Below, piece by piece: positions 24,026-35,421 of a DNA stretch of 64,000 nucleotides. The stretch's first letter is position 1, and every line of letters starts with the position of its first letter. Both the position numbers and the translations under genes were made by a program. The stretch is taken from the NCBI GenBank assembly GCA_963833425.1, contig CAWHXP010000009.1:1-64000 (forward strand), in the 5' to 3' direction. The notes under the pieces were generated by a model. It searched no databases and was not told the DNA's origin. It saw only the letters and a program-made list of their open reading frames with translations. Origin of the DNA: an uncultured Methanosarcinaceae archaeon. GTDB lineage: Archaea; Halobacteriota; Methanosarcinia; Methanosarcinales; Methanosarcinaceae.

Positions 24026-25523
24026 ATACCACCTCAAAACTTCAAATATTGCCCAGAATCCTAATCGAACATCCTACAAAAAAGACTGAAAAACGGGTGT
24101 CTTGAGACTGCATCTGATTCTATAATTGGGATAAAATATTCTACTATAAAACTAATTTATATATTGATTTTGGGATAAATTCTATTTGATTTTAAAGTCA
24201 ACAATATCCATTATCCAAGTGTAGAAATGAGTCAAATTTTGAGACTACCAGGAAACGGCATTTTTTTGCCGTCTTGCTTTGATTTTGAGAAAACAGTCTA
24301 GATTGATTATTTAGTCTTGCTGAAATTAAGATCTTAAAATCTTAATATTTTCACACTCTAACCTTAAGACTCGATATACTTTTTCGGATTTTCACCGAAC
24401 TTCTTTTTATCCTAGAGGGCACAGAAGTAGTATGGTTTTCCTTTATACTCACTTTTAAACTTCGTGTCTTTCTCTTCCAGCTCCATCTTACATACAGGGT
24501 CAATGACCACCATAATACCTCCAATAACTAAAGACGCATCAAGCAATTTCTATTTTATCACCTTAATAGATCTGAAAGGAATTCAATCTAGTGCATGAAA
24601 TTCAATTCAAGATCGTTTTGGCAATATTGCTCTCAATGGTTGTTAACATTGTCCATATTAGCAAAGAGGTCGCAGAGAGTTCTAAAAAGCAATAAAAAAG
24701 CACGAAAGAAGAGAGAAATTCTTCATCACCTTTTTTGTTTTGAGGCTTATCCCCATCTCCTTTTGGTGCTTACCTTCTGGCTAGATCTCTTTAGCCTTTA
24801 TTTCTCTTCAAGAGTCCACTGGTTTGTAGGCGGGACAATTTTAGTAGGCAACCTTCTTTTCATCTAGTGTCGTAGAGTTTTAGGTCGAAACCTGGCCCCT
24901 TCCTTGGAGATTCGGAAAGACATACTAGTGACAGATGGCCTTTATAGGTTCATAAGGAATTCTATGTATCCATCTTTCGAGTAGTAGAAGAGTATCTTTT
25001 TTCTCTGCCAACTGGATAGTTGCTTTATCTTACATGCTACTAACAATCACATTGTACTTTGTCTGGATATCCGATGAAGAGAAGACTATAATAGAAATAT
25101 TTGCAGATAAATACAGGAAATACGTGCAGAATACGGGACATTTGATGCCAAAGTTGAGCCTATTAAAGAGATAAGTGCCTGGCTTTTCTGAGAAAGATCG
25201 ATAAGAAGAGATCAAGGTGTTAACTGCTCCTTTTATGATCAACGTAAAGATAAGTTATAATGGATAGAGTAGGAGATCCAGAGGTTCTAAGGACTTTTCT
25301 AATTAGTATCAACAGGTTCAATAGACTATACGTCTTTGACACTGCCTTGATAATACCCTCGAAATTACTTAGATCATTGCAATTTTGGAATTACACACAC
25401 ATTTCCTGAAAATGCACTCTCAGAAATAATAATTATTCTCAATACAAACATAATTAAGAAAGGAATATATTAAGAGAATATTGTTAAAGTAAACTATTCC
25501 TGAGTTCTAGAAGAGGAGTGAAA

Positions 25524-26219
25524 ATGAGTTTGTTGGATAGAATGAGCACTGTAGTAAAAGCGAAGGTAAACAAAATCATAGGCAACATAGAGGACCCAAG
25601 GGAAACCCTAGACTATTCCTACGAGAAACAACTCGAGCTTTTGCAAAATGTGAAAAGAAGCGTAGTTGAAGTTGCTACATCTAAGAAGCGGCTGGAGCTG
25701 CAGAAAGCCAAGCTCCTGGAAAGCATTGACAGGATAGATGCCCAAGCAAGGGAGGCCATGAAATCCAATCGCGAAGATCTAGCAAGGATGGCCTTGGAGA
25801 GAAAGGTCACATCCCAGGCGCAGGCTGAAAGTTTAGATCAGCAGATTGCAGAGCTGAACGTTGAACAGGAAAAGCTTATGGCTGCTGAATGCCGTCTGGC
25901 AACGAAGATTGAGTCCTTCAGGGCTAAAAAGGAGACTATCAAGGCCCAATACTCGGCTGCTGAGGCACAGGTCAAGGTTACAGAATCCGTAACCGGCATC
26001 AGCGAGGAGATGGCAGATGTCGGCCTGGCGGTGCAAAGGGCAGAGGACAAGACCGATCAGATGAAAGCTAGATCTGCTGCACTTGATGGGCTTCTTGAAT
26101 CTGGAACTTTGGAGGACTACTCCAGCGGAGATCAAATTGAAAAGGAATTAGCCAAAGTTCAGGCTGCAGGCCGCGTTGATGAGGAGCTTGCAAAGCTCAA
26201 GCAGGAGGCAGGTAAATGA
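25524..26219 (+). CDS. pspA: PspA/IM30 (Vipp1) family protein
   Basis: MSLLDRMSTVVKAKVN...EDP; coiled coil; REDLARMALERK; ends ELAKLKQE. Confidence 0.93.
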   Translation: MSLLDRMSTVVKAKVNKIIGNIEDPRETLDYSYEKQLELLQNVKRSVVEVATSKKRLELQKAKLLESIDRIDAQAREAMKSNREDLARMALERKVTSQAQAESLDQQIAELNVEQEKLMAAECRLATKIESFRAKKETIKAQYSAAEAQVKVTESVTGISEEMADVGLAVQRAEDKTDQMKARSAALDGLLESGTLEDYSSGDQIEKELAKVQAAGRVDEELAKLKQEAGK

Positions 26220-26494
26220 TCGTTAGAATAATGGGTGAAGGTCAGTATGTGGTAGACAGCTGCTTGTTAGATGAACTCAATATCATCGATAATCGCATTG
26301 TGGATCATGTAAGCAAGGGAAAGCAAAAGGAGTTCGGGGAAGAACTGGCCAAGCTGATATCAACTGTAAAGAAAAAAGGAAAACATTTGGATCATAACGA
26401 GATCATCGAGTCAGATATCATAATTCCTCCGAAAGACCTGACCCTAAAGGAAGCCGAGGGCATATTCAAGGGACATGGAGTGATAAAAGACTAG
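26216..26494 (+). CDS. PspA-associated protein PspAA
   Basis: MIVRIMGEGQY...ESDIIIPPKDLTLKE. Overlaps the pspA stop (ATGA). Confidence 0.85.
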   Translation: MIVRIMGEGQYVVDSCLLDELNIIDNRIVDHVSKGKQKEFGEELAKLISTVKKKGKHLDHNEIIESDIIIPPKDLTLKEAEGIFKGHGVIKD

Positions 26495-26508
26495 TCAAAT
26501 TTGGTGGC

Positions 26509-26534
26509 ATATCCCGCAGCAAGCTGCGGGGTAT
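26509..26534 (+). terminator. GC-rich hairpin downstream of pspAA
   Basis: atatcccgcagc-aa-gctgcggggtat inverted repeat. Confidence 0.5.
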
Positions 26535-26639
26535 CCGAATGAAATCATTTCATCTGTACGCGATTAATCGAAGTTGTACATAATATTCTTTGATCTATAA
26601 AAATGATTATTGATTAATAATATCAATATCAATTGTCAA

Positions 26640-27392
26640 GGTTCCGTTGCAAAAATATCCGAATAAGCACGTAAATATATGGATGATGAACAAAAGTCAA
26701 AATATCCAAGGAAAATTATCAATATTACAGAACTATTCCAAATAATTGATTGATATACTTAGCTTCATTAAGACCAGAGTAGTTTAGATTCTTGATTTGT
26801 CCTTTTTTTAACTATATTCAAAGCTTCAATTCCTTTTAAAATCTTACTTGCAGAGCGAAAAGACTGAAAGCTTAGCACTGGAGCAATTATTCGCTTGATA
26901 GACCTCTGCTCTTGTTCTGCAATGTTATTCAAATACTTGACTTGTTTAATTTCAACCCTTTTAGAAACTTTTTTTCATGAATCTCTTTGCAGCTTTTCTA
27001 TTTCGTTTTGCACTTAGCATGAAATCGATTGTGTTGCCATTTGAGTCAACTGCTCTGTAAATACATTTCCATTAACCTTTTTTTATATAAATTTATCAAC
27101 TTTCCGTGAATCGTTCGTTGGTCTTAAGTGCCTTCTTATCTTCTTTTTTATTTCAGGTGAATATTGATGCACCAATCTCATGATTGTCGGATGGTCGACA
27201 TTTATTCTCCTTTCTGCCATCATTTCCTTTAAATTTCTATAGCTTAATGTATTTTTAAGTACCATCTTACGTTTAATAAAATAATTTCTCCTCATAGTAC
27301 TTCCATTTAAAGGAATTTACTGGCATAATATATGCTCCTAAATTTCTACTTATTTCAGTAAATTCCACTCATAATTTTTTGCAACTGAGCCA
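26640..27392 (-). mobile_element. IS6-family insertion sequence, degraded transposase
   Basis: IRs ggttccgttgcaaaaat and tttttgcaactgagcc. Fragments LSYRNLKEMMAERRINVDHPTIMR, YRAVDSNGNTID and QVKYLNNIAEQEQRSIKR. Confidence 0.9.
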
Positions 27393-27932
27393 AAAATACA
27401 GTACAACAACAAAAATATTGGGATTCTTAATCAAGGAGTTGGGATATCCAAAAATGAAATCTTTTACCCCGAAATTTCCTAAGTTATTTTTAAAAACAAT
27501 AAGGTGTAATTCAACATCATAACTTTTTGGAGTTTTAATATGGCACATATTTCAATAAAAATTATGCTTTTCTGGTACAATCTGGTTAAAATATCATATG
27601 ATTTCGGCTTAAAAATAATACACATCTTTTAGCACAAAACGATACATTTCTCAATTTCGTTGAAAAGAATCATCTGGTAGTTTTTCTCCGATCCCATTTG
27701 TAGTTACATTTTGGTTTCCATTAAAATAACTCATGAAAGCATCTAGTTTTTTTTCTGTCGAGCTTGGGAGCAGTATAACTGGGTTTGCGTTGAAGCATAA
27801 TTGTGGAAAATAACATGTGATTTATTGTCATAATAAAATAAACTTATTAACATATTTTAGTTAAATTGTTGAGCACAAAATATCTTAAGAAAATAGATTA
27901 ATATCTAAATGAGCACTACTAGGAGAAACACA

Positions 27933-28255
27933 ATGACAACAACTAATGTAGAGATTGATGTCGGTAGCAAATCTTTGATTCAAAGTAATTTTGGAAATAA
28001 GGGCAATTTCGAGGTAGTAGTGAGGTAAGGAAATCAATCAGCTCATTATTATCGAGATAACGATAGTAATAGCACATGGAATAAAACTGTAGTATTTGGA
28101 AACAATGTTAGCTCTGCTCCAACTATGATTCAAAGTAATTTTGTAAATAAGAGCAATTTTGAGGTAGTAGTGGGAGAAAGAAATCAATTAGCTCATTATT
28201 ATCGTGATAATGATAATAACAACACATGAATAAAACTGTAGTATTTGGCCCTTAG
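27933..28255 (+). pseudogene. Two-repeat beta-propeller/lectin-like small protein, disrupted
   Basis: AGGAGA RBS and ATG at 27933. Two 150-bp repeats (27978 and 28128) encode IQSNFxNKxNFEVVVxExNQxAHYYRDNDxNxTWNKTVVFG. TAA at 28026 and a 1-bp loss near 28228. Confidence 0.7.
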
Positions 28256-28429
28256 GGTGAAATGATCGTGACTATGTACCATAGATGGCTTAATTTAGTT
28301 TGCTAAATTTTATATTTTATATGAGAAAAGTAAATGACAGCCAATCTGACTAAATAAATCGTCTAAAACACTAATTTCTATTTCCACAGGAAAAAAAATC
28401 AGTATTCAACGATAGAATGAACTCAAATT

Positions 28430-28578
28430 GGTTTTGATGCAAAAAATCTGGCTTTGTTACAAAATCACTATAAACCTTTATAATTAAGTAAGTTAATTAG
28501 TCTCATCACCAGATCAATAAGACACAAACTAAGAATTATAGTTGTAAACTGCTGAAATATTATTTTTGTAACAGGATC
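28430..28578. mobile_element. Inverted, diverged copy of the IS6-like MITE
   Basis: ggttttgatgcaaaaaatctggc ... attatttttgtaacaggatc aligns with the reverse complement of 3109-3257. Confidence 0.65.
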
Positions 28579-28911
28579 ATAAGTACAATATTTTACATTT
28601 ATGCATAGGCCTTGCTATAAAAAATCAATACATCCGTAATTTTAGCATTCGTCAATAAATTAAAACACTATTTACTTACATATATTTTAAAAATAGGAAG
28701 GAGTTTTTTGACTCCTTACTTTTTATTTATTTTAAGGCATTATGGATGCTTATTCCAAATAATCGCTTTTTTTACCTAACTTTATTGCTTAAAGTATCAA
28801 TTGCCATATTATACTGCATTAATGTTTTTCTCTTTGTTGATATTCCCCTACCTAGTTAATCTTTTACTTGGTTAATAGCTTTTCAGGCTAATTAGGAGCC
28901 CGCTATATTGG

Positions 28912-31488
28912 TTATGTTGCAGCGATTGGAACAGTCGATGTTTTTGTACTTGTACCATAATTATTGCTTGCTGCCAGTATAGGGGTATAGGTTCCCGCCT
29001 GAGTGTAAATATGTTCTGGATTCTGTAGGTTAGAAGTAGTTCCATCTCCAAAGACCCAGTACCATTCAGCTGGTGATCCTGTAGTTTTATCCGTGAACTG
29101 TACATCAAGCGGAACAGGTCCTGTAGTTGCATTGATTCTGAAATGTGCATCAGGCTGTACTGGTGCTGTTACAATTATTGGAACAGTTGATATTTTTGTA
29201 CTTGTATCATAATCATTGCTGGCTGTCAGTTCCGGCCTATAGATCCCTTCTGTATTGTAAATATGCTCTGGATTCTGTAGGTTAGAAGTAGTTCCATCTC
29301 TAAAGACCCAGTACCATTCAGTCGGTGATCCTGTACTTTTATCCGTGAACTGTACATCAAGCGTAGCAGGTCCTGTAGTTGCATTGATTCTGAAATGTGC
29401 ATCAGGCTGTACTGGTGCTGTTACAATTATTGGAACAGTTGATATTTTTGTACTTATACCGGTTATATTGTATGCTGTCAGTTCCGGGCTATAGGTTCCT
29501 GGCACAGTGTAAATATGTTCTGGATTCTGTAGGTTAGAAGTAGTTCCATCCCCAAAGACCCAGTACCATGCAGTTGGTAATCCTGTACTTTTATCCGTGA
29601 ACTGGACATCAAGTGGAGCAGTACCTTGGGTTTGATTGATTCTGAAATGTGCAGAAGGCATACCCATAACATTGATCAACACATTCTTTGATGCTGTAGT
29701 ATAGTTTGCAGTATCAGTTGGTGTGAAAGAAACATTTAATGTCCATGTACCTACACTTAGTACAGTTCCTGATGGCGGAGTGTAGACAAAAGTTCCAGCT
29801 ACTGGGTCTCCAGTTACTGTATTTGTAGCAGATGCATCTAGCTGAATGTCGCTCAATGCTGTTCCATATGATATGTTGGCAGGGTTACTCCAAGTAATTG
29901 TAGGAGTTCGAACTGGGTCCGTAAACGCCTTGATGCACACATTAGTATTTGAGTAACCTGGCTCTGTTGTTATGTCGGTCCAGGTAGTTCCATCAGGACT
30001 TGCAAAACTTTCTGATGCATTTGCTGTTGCATGACTACTATAGTCGCTGATAGGCATTTCTACAGCAATTGGGTATTCAGACGTAGGGTTTGTAAGCTCC
30101 AGTACTACGGAAAAGTTTTGGCCGCCATTGAGCTGAACTCCAGAATTCAGGGGAACTGTATGATAGCCTGAACTTTGGATTGTTCCACTCTGGGTAAGAG
30201 CAGGACCAGCTTGACTGATTGGAGTGGACCCTGTATTATTGTAGATATTAATTACATAATTGCAGTTTATATCTGTCGTGTAGAAACTTACCGCCTTAAG
30301 GGCTTCGTTAGATTTTGCAGTAAATATATTTGCAGCCCAGCCAGTTGTGGGGTTAGTTTGAGATGTGTTAATTTTCGCGGTCCATCCAAGTGGATCGTAT
30401 TGGTAGATGTTTGTATAATCATTGAGTGGTCCGGCCGTGAAGAGTACATTCTCATCGTATCCTATAATTTTATCATAATAGGAAACATAGAAATATCCAT
30501 TATCACCCCAACTTGGACCCCAACTATTTTTTATGATAAATGCTCCATCTCCAGGTGGCTTTGTGGTGAAATTACTTGCATTATAAGAATCATCCCAGCC
30601 TACCATAACCACGGCATGGTTAGCGTTTGAATTTCCATTGTAGTAATAACCATATGTATTTGAAGAATAGTTTGCATCGTCAAAATACATTCCGACATCC
30701 ATTCCCCCATATATCATAATTGCCTTTTTCAGATATAGATTATCCATAGAATCATTTCTGGTCGGAAGGAAGGTTACATTTTGTACATGTTTCTGTATAG
30801 GAAGTCCCAAGGGAGAAACGACTGACATCGGATTCCAAAGGTCATCGCTATTGTTAATAGGTCCGCTCCAGCGGGTCAGGTAAGCAGTTGACCTTACTGC
30901 ATCTCCACCAGAGTCGGCAGTACGATCAAAACCATCAGTGTAGTTTGCAGAAAGAAGATTTTTCATATTTTGTTCTGAAAAATTATACTGCTGCTCTGGC
31001 ATTAAATATGATTCAAGAGATCCATAAGTTGCAAACGTCCAACAGGTACTTGTAGGATCTTGATCTTTTACAGGAGTCACTCTGTTCAGAGATCGCAGAT
31101 CATAGGAAGGCGTAATAGATGTGCTGGTCGAAGCAGATACGTCTGCAATGGTAGTATGTTTGAGATTACTAAAGTCAATAGGTGAAGGTATGTGTCCATA
31201 TTTATGCTTAGTTAGTGTAGATGCCAATTTATTAAATTTTAGATCATTTTGGTATTCGGTAAATTTAGGATTCCTTGGTGAAAGTCCAAATTTTGGAGAA
31301 AATTCAGTTTGATTTACAGTATTTTTGTGAATATGAGATGATTTGTTTTCTTCTGAAAATCCTGTATATGCGACCGCCACTGATGAACTTATAACTAAAA
31401 ATAAAATCAAGACTTCAATAAAAATTACTACTTTTTTTATTACAGATACATCAGTTATTATATTATAATTTTTTTTCATTTTTATCAC
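28912..31488 (-). CDS. Cell-surface C1A (papain-like) cysteine peptidase with lectin-like domain and three PKD domains
   Basis: Signal peptide; QDPTSTCWTF (Cys), NHAV (His), KNSWG (Asn); IYQYD lectin-like domain; three near-identical 255-bp PKD repeats (FTDKSTG...WYWVFGDG). Confidence 0.92.
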   Translation of the reverse strand: MIKMKKNYNIITDVSVIKKVVIFIEVLILFLVISSSVAVAYTGFSEENKSSHIHKNTVNQTEFSPKFGLSPRNPKFTEYQNDLKFNKLASTLTKHKYGHIPSPIDFSNLKHTTIADVSASTSTSITPSYDLRSLNRVTPVKDQDPTSTCWTFATYGSLESYLMPEQQYNFSEQNMKNLLSANYTDGFDRTADSGGDAVRSTAYLTRWSGPINNSDDLWNPMSVVSPLGLPIQKHVQNVTFLPTRNDSMDNLYLKKAIMIYGGMDVGMYFDDANYSSNTYGYYYNGNSNANHAVVMVGWDDSYNASNFTTKPPGDGAFIIKNSWGPSWGDNGYFYVSYYDKIIGYDENVLFTAGPLNDYTNIYQYDPLGWTAKINTSQTNPTTGWAANIFTAKSNEALKAVSFYTTDINCNYVINIYNNTGSTPISQAGPALTQSGTIQSSGYHTVPLNSGVQLNGGQNFSVVLELTNPTSEYPIAVEMPISDYSSHATANASESFASPDGTTWTDITTEPGYSNTNVCIKAFTDPVRTPTITWSNPANISYGTALSDIQLDASATNTVTGDPVAGTFVYTPPSGTVLSVGTWTLNVSFTPTDTANYTTASKNVLINVMGMPSAHFRINQTQGTAPLDVQFTDKSTGLPTAWYWVFGDGTTSNLQNPEHIYTVPGTYSPELTAYNITGISTKISTVPIIVTAPVQPDAHFRINATTGPATLDVQFTDKSTGSPTEWYWVFRDGTTSNLQNPEHIYNTEGIYRPELTASNDYDTSTKISTVPIIVTAPVQPDAHFRINATTGPVPLDVQFTDKTTGSPAEWYWVFGDGTTSNLQNPEHIYTQAGTYTPILAASNNYGTSTKTSTVPIAAT

Positions 31489-32134
31489 CTTCTTAGCTTA
31501 TTGAAAAATCAATTTGCGAAGTAGTTTATCTTTACTTTATTTTTATACAAATTAGTTTATTATAATAATTCAACTTTACTTCTTGAATTTCTCTAGAGTT
31601 GTTGATAAAAGACTAAAATGGAACTTCATCGGTATCTAGCACAATACAGAGAAATTTTATAACTTACTAATTTTAATAACTTTCAATAGCAATTCAAAAA
31701 TTTTTTATTTATTTTGAATGAATTGAGTTGATATATACTGGTATAAACTATAATAATTTTTTGTAAATGTGGTGATAATATTGATTTTTTATCTTCTACT
31801 TATTTTTTAGTAACGATAAATTGACTCTCAGTAGATGTTCTAAGGATAATAACATGCCCCATGAATCCGTTTTTGAAAAAATCACTCAAAAATTTGCAAT
31901 TATTATCTCAACTAAAGCTTCTGGGAATGAATTTCAGAACCTTTAAATGCAGGAAAGATCTAAAAGTGCGAGATATTTTCAAAAACTGCGTTTGAATAAG
32001 CACGGAGTTTCATAAAAAAAGTCTCAGAAAAAGTTGTGAAAATTAGAAAGGACATCTGCGGAAAGTTAGATACAATAAAATGTTGTGGTCAAAGTTTCCA
32101 TTAAAAAGCAATTGAAATTAACCCGCATGATTTA

Positions 32135-32506
32135 ATGGCTTCATTAGCTTTGTACGGTAACGGAAATGCTCTAACTAAATTAGGCAAGTACGACGAAGCA
32201 ATCGAAGCCTATGACAACGCAATTGAAGTTAACCCACCAGATTCAGTAGCTTCATTATTTTTGAACTGTAAAGGACTTGCTCTAACTAAAGAGGATTTCG
32301 ATAAACCTCTGATTTCAACAAATTGCTTATATACCTTTTATAAACTATCTACCAAAAAGTGGGGTTTATCGAAATCGTCTAAATTAAATAAATCCGATGA
32401 AGCACTAAAAGCATATGACAAAGCAAATGAAATTAACCACAGGATTCACTGGCTTTGGCCGCGAAAGGAGCTTTATCTAAATAGATTAAATAAGGCTGAT
32501 TTGTAG
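32135..32506 (+). pseudogene. TPR repeat protein remnant carrying an in-frame MITE insertion
   Basis: GNALTKLGKYDEAIEAYDNAIEVNP repeats. A 31-aa foreign insert lies between ALTK and LNKSDEALKAYDKA. Confidence 0.75.
32291..32379. mobile_element. About 89-bp MITE (GAGGATTTCGATAAACC IR family)
   Basis: IRs gaggatttcgataaacc and ggtttatcgaaatcgtc, with TAAA duplicated on both sides. Related copies at 34791-34876, 39907-39993 and about 56775-56866. Confidence 0.8.
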
Positions 32507-32938
32507 GTTGAATAGTTATTCAATTGTCATTTATTTTTATACTTCACGAAAATGAATATAGCAACTTCTTGGCCTTTAAAATAAAGTGATTTTAATAAAA
32601 AAATGTATTTTTTGCATAAATCAGGTGAAAATGTCCTATAATTTTGGTTGAAAAAGTAGAAAATGCATAGGTTTTAAGCTAAAAATTGCGTATAATTGAG
32701 CTTTCCACGTTCAAAGCTTAATCCAGAAGAATGGCAGATTGAATCTAAGGCCCTTCCAGAGAATAAAAAAAGTAATCGATTCCGTTAATTAAAACTTACC
32801 TCCATATCCAAATTTGTATCCAGAAAATTTTAAATATTTTTGGAGAATTTAGCGCAATTTATCATTTTTTTCTTACTAATCCGAAGATGTGTGAAGCTTA
32901 AGTAAATTTCCATTCGAATTTCTTAGTTTAAAAATTTA

Positions 32939-33022
32939 CGCCCAAGGCAGGATTTGAACCTGCGCTCTCTCAAAAGAGAAACGGTTTTCGAGACCGCCGC
33001 CTTACCACTAGACTACCTGGGC
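32939..33022 (-). tRNA. tRNA-Ser(CGA)
   Basis: Reverse complement GCCCAGGTAGTCTAGTGGTAAGGCGGCGGTCTCGAAAACCGT...GCAGGTTCAAATCCTGCCTTGGGCG: 7-bp acceptor stem, anticodon CGA, long variable arm, TTC loop, discriminator G. Confidence 0.92.
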
Positions 33023-33743
33023 ATTTTATTATATATACGAGAAAATTTCATGGGCATTACCCAAAGATTCCGATATAAAGGTAAATAAATATGCATTCTC
33101 TCTTATATATTTTATTATCAACGCGTTAATTCCGGACCTAATTGGTTTCAAAACAATTTCTACCAATCAGAGGAATGTCATAAAAATCATTCAAGGTAAT
33201 AGAGTAGTAATTATGACAAAGTAAAATTATTCCATTTATGTATAGAATCAGATATTATTGTCTTTACCCTCCAATTCTGTAGTATCTTTGATATAATAAA
33301 TTTACCGATGATACAACCCATATACCAAGAAGTTCTTAAATTGTTTGTTTCATAATGCAAAATCTTCTACAAATTTTCTTGAAGATGAAACCATTATTTT
33401 GAAGTCAAAACTAACAAAAATAAAAATTATTTTAGATTTAGATTAGTTTAATTATATAATTTGTAATTACCACCTAGTTTTAAAATAGAAATTCCTTAAA
33501 TGAGTATAGTTTTTTAGAATGTTTACCAAATAAGCATGAGTTCCAAACCTTATTATATTTATTATTAATATATATTTAACCTAGGTATCTGATCCCAATT
33601 TCTCAGGAAAACGACAGTATGAACAATTATTGGAATATGGAGTATAATATAAGCTGTATATACAGTGTATCGGTATGGATGTATAGAATACACAAAAGTA
33701 GGACTTTATGCTAACTTCAAAGGGTCTGAGTATATTTATATGA

Positions 33744-34520
33744 CTATTTTAACCTATCAAGAGCAAGTTTTGCAGCCTTTTTGCCTGATAGGAGCATACC
33801 TCCGAAGATAGGCCCCATTCTTGGAGCGCGGGTTGCTGCATTTGCAGCCATTCCCGCAACAATCAGACCAGGGTAGATCTCCTGCGTTGCGTCGACGGTA
33901 AGTCGCTCGCCAATTTCTGACCACATAGGTTTTTCCCCAAGTATCCCCAGCTCTCCGATTTTTGCGTTTGGGATTTTCCTAAGAATTGTGTTGCATACAG
34001 CTGCATCGTGCCCTGTTCCGTCTATTACGAGTTTTGTGCGAATCATAAGCGGATCCACATGTAGATTCTGTGATGCGACAGGCCCCCAATTGATCACTAT
34101 GCCAGTAATCCTGTCATTATCTCGGATCATGACGTCTTCAAAATTCACAAGATTAAATACCTCAGCCCCCGCTGAAGTTGCACCTGCAATTAACTTCCCG
34201 ACGGATTCAACTGAATTTGCCACATAATACCCTGACTGATATTCCTTATACCTAATCCCAAAGTCATCCAGAATACTTCGGGCCTCTTCCTGCAAAACTA
34301 TGCGCGGAAACATCATACCACCAGCCCACATACCCCCCCCAAGTGATATCTTCTTTTCATAAATGGCGACTTTTACTCCAGCTTCTGCCAGATACTTTGC
34401 AGCCACCAAGTTTGCTGGTCCTCCGCCAACAAGTGCCACATCGATGTCCGCATATTCAAGGAAGGTTTTAGCGTACTCATCAAAAATTGCCCGTGTGATT
34501 ATAACTTCGTCGAGTTCCAT
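33744..34520 (-). CDS. thi4: Sulfide-dependent adenosine diphosphate thiazole synthase
   Basis: GGGPAN, GGGMWAGG, LHVDPL (His at the yeast Cys205 position), RMGPIFGGM. Confidence 0.93.
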   Translation of the reverse strand: MELDEVIITRAIFDEYAKTFLEYADIDVALVGGGPANLVAAKYLAEAGVKVAIYEKKISLGGGMWAGGMMFPRIVLQEEARSILDDFGIRYKEYQSGYYVANSVESVGKLIAGATSAGAEVFNLVNFEDVMIRDNDRITGIVINWGPVASQNLHVDPLMIRTKLVIDGTGHDAAVCNTILRKIPNAKIGELGILGEKPMWSEIGERLTVDATQEIYPGLIVAGMAANAATRAPRMGPIFGGMLLSGKKAAKLALDRLK

Positions 34521-34896
34521 CTTAATCTCTCATAAAGTTTCTAGGTTTTGAAATTTTGGGAAAACAATCTGGTTTTCTTAGAAACAAATCCGGAAATTGT
34601 AAAACTGGACCATAGTAACTGAAATATACATGCAGTTAGATATCTAATGATATTTAGGTTTATATGTAGTCGAACTGGAAATTAATACATATAAAACAAT
34701 TACTTATCTAAAATACGAATTTAATCAAAACTCTATTGCGCTTTATTTTGTATATCAAGCGCATAACTCTTCGAATGTTTAATGATTTTAGGGGATCTCG
34801 ATAAACCTCTGATTTTCCACAAGTACTTTAATCCATTATAAGCATATGATAAAATTTAAAGTTCGTTGAAATCCTCTAGAGTTAGTCATCAACAAT

Positions 34897-35420
34897 TTAA
34901 TTGATCAAGAGAATGGACATAGATTCAGGCTGTTCTTTGATAAGAAACACTATAGGCATCTCAGAGTCTGCAGCAGGATTCATCATATTGATCTCAACTC
35001 CTTGTTCTGGGATTCTTGACATATTCGAGTGGGGAATATTCTTTTTTCAACATTGCATTTTTTTCATAGCGTGCAGACACTGCTCACAAATACGACTGTA
35101 AAAGTGTAACCTTCATTAAAAGCTGTCTTTTCAAGCTCAAGCATTTAGAGAGTTATTTTATCTCTGTGATCATAACAATCTGCCCAGAATTTGCTGTTTT
35201 TTCTCTTGTTTCATCAAGCTTGGAGGATCAGGCCCGGTTCTGTACGGAGTTTTTGCAATCTCTTCATCTGCAATCGCAGTAGATGTGGATTGAACAAGTA
35301 AAGCGTACATGTACTCCTTGAGCATCTCACGAAATTCATCAGCATTAGGGATACTCGGTGGGCAGGTGAGTTTTTTTTCGGTATCCTGTACAGCCTCTGC
35401 ATTTTAAATAACTCTTTTTT
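34897..35420 (-). pseudogene. DUF2284-like metal-binding protein, degraded and 5'-truncated next to an IS
   Basis: Cross-frame reading: RVILKCRGCTGY...LTCPPSIPNADEFREMLKEY...MLELEKTAFNEGYTF...CTL*KKCNVE...HSNMSRIPE. Confidence 0.65.
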
Positions 35421-35421
35421 C

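Noticed and set aside
24595..25242. Short ORFs upstream of pspA
   Set aside because: No recognisable motif or RBS; possibly decayed sequence.
28912..29660. 255-bp tandem repeats
   Set aside because: Explained by three PKD domains of the peptidase.
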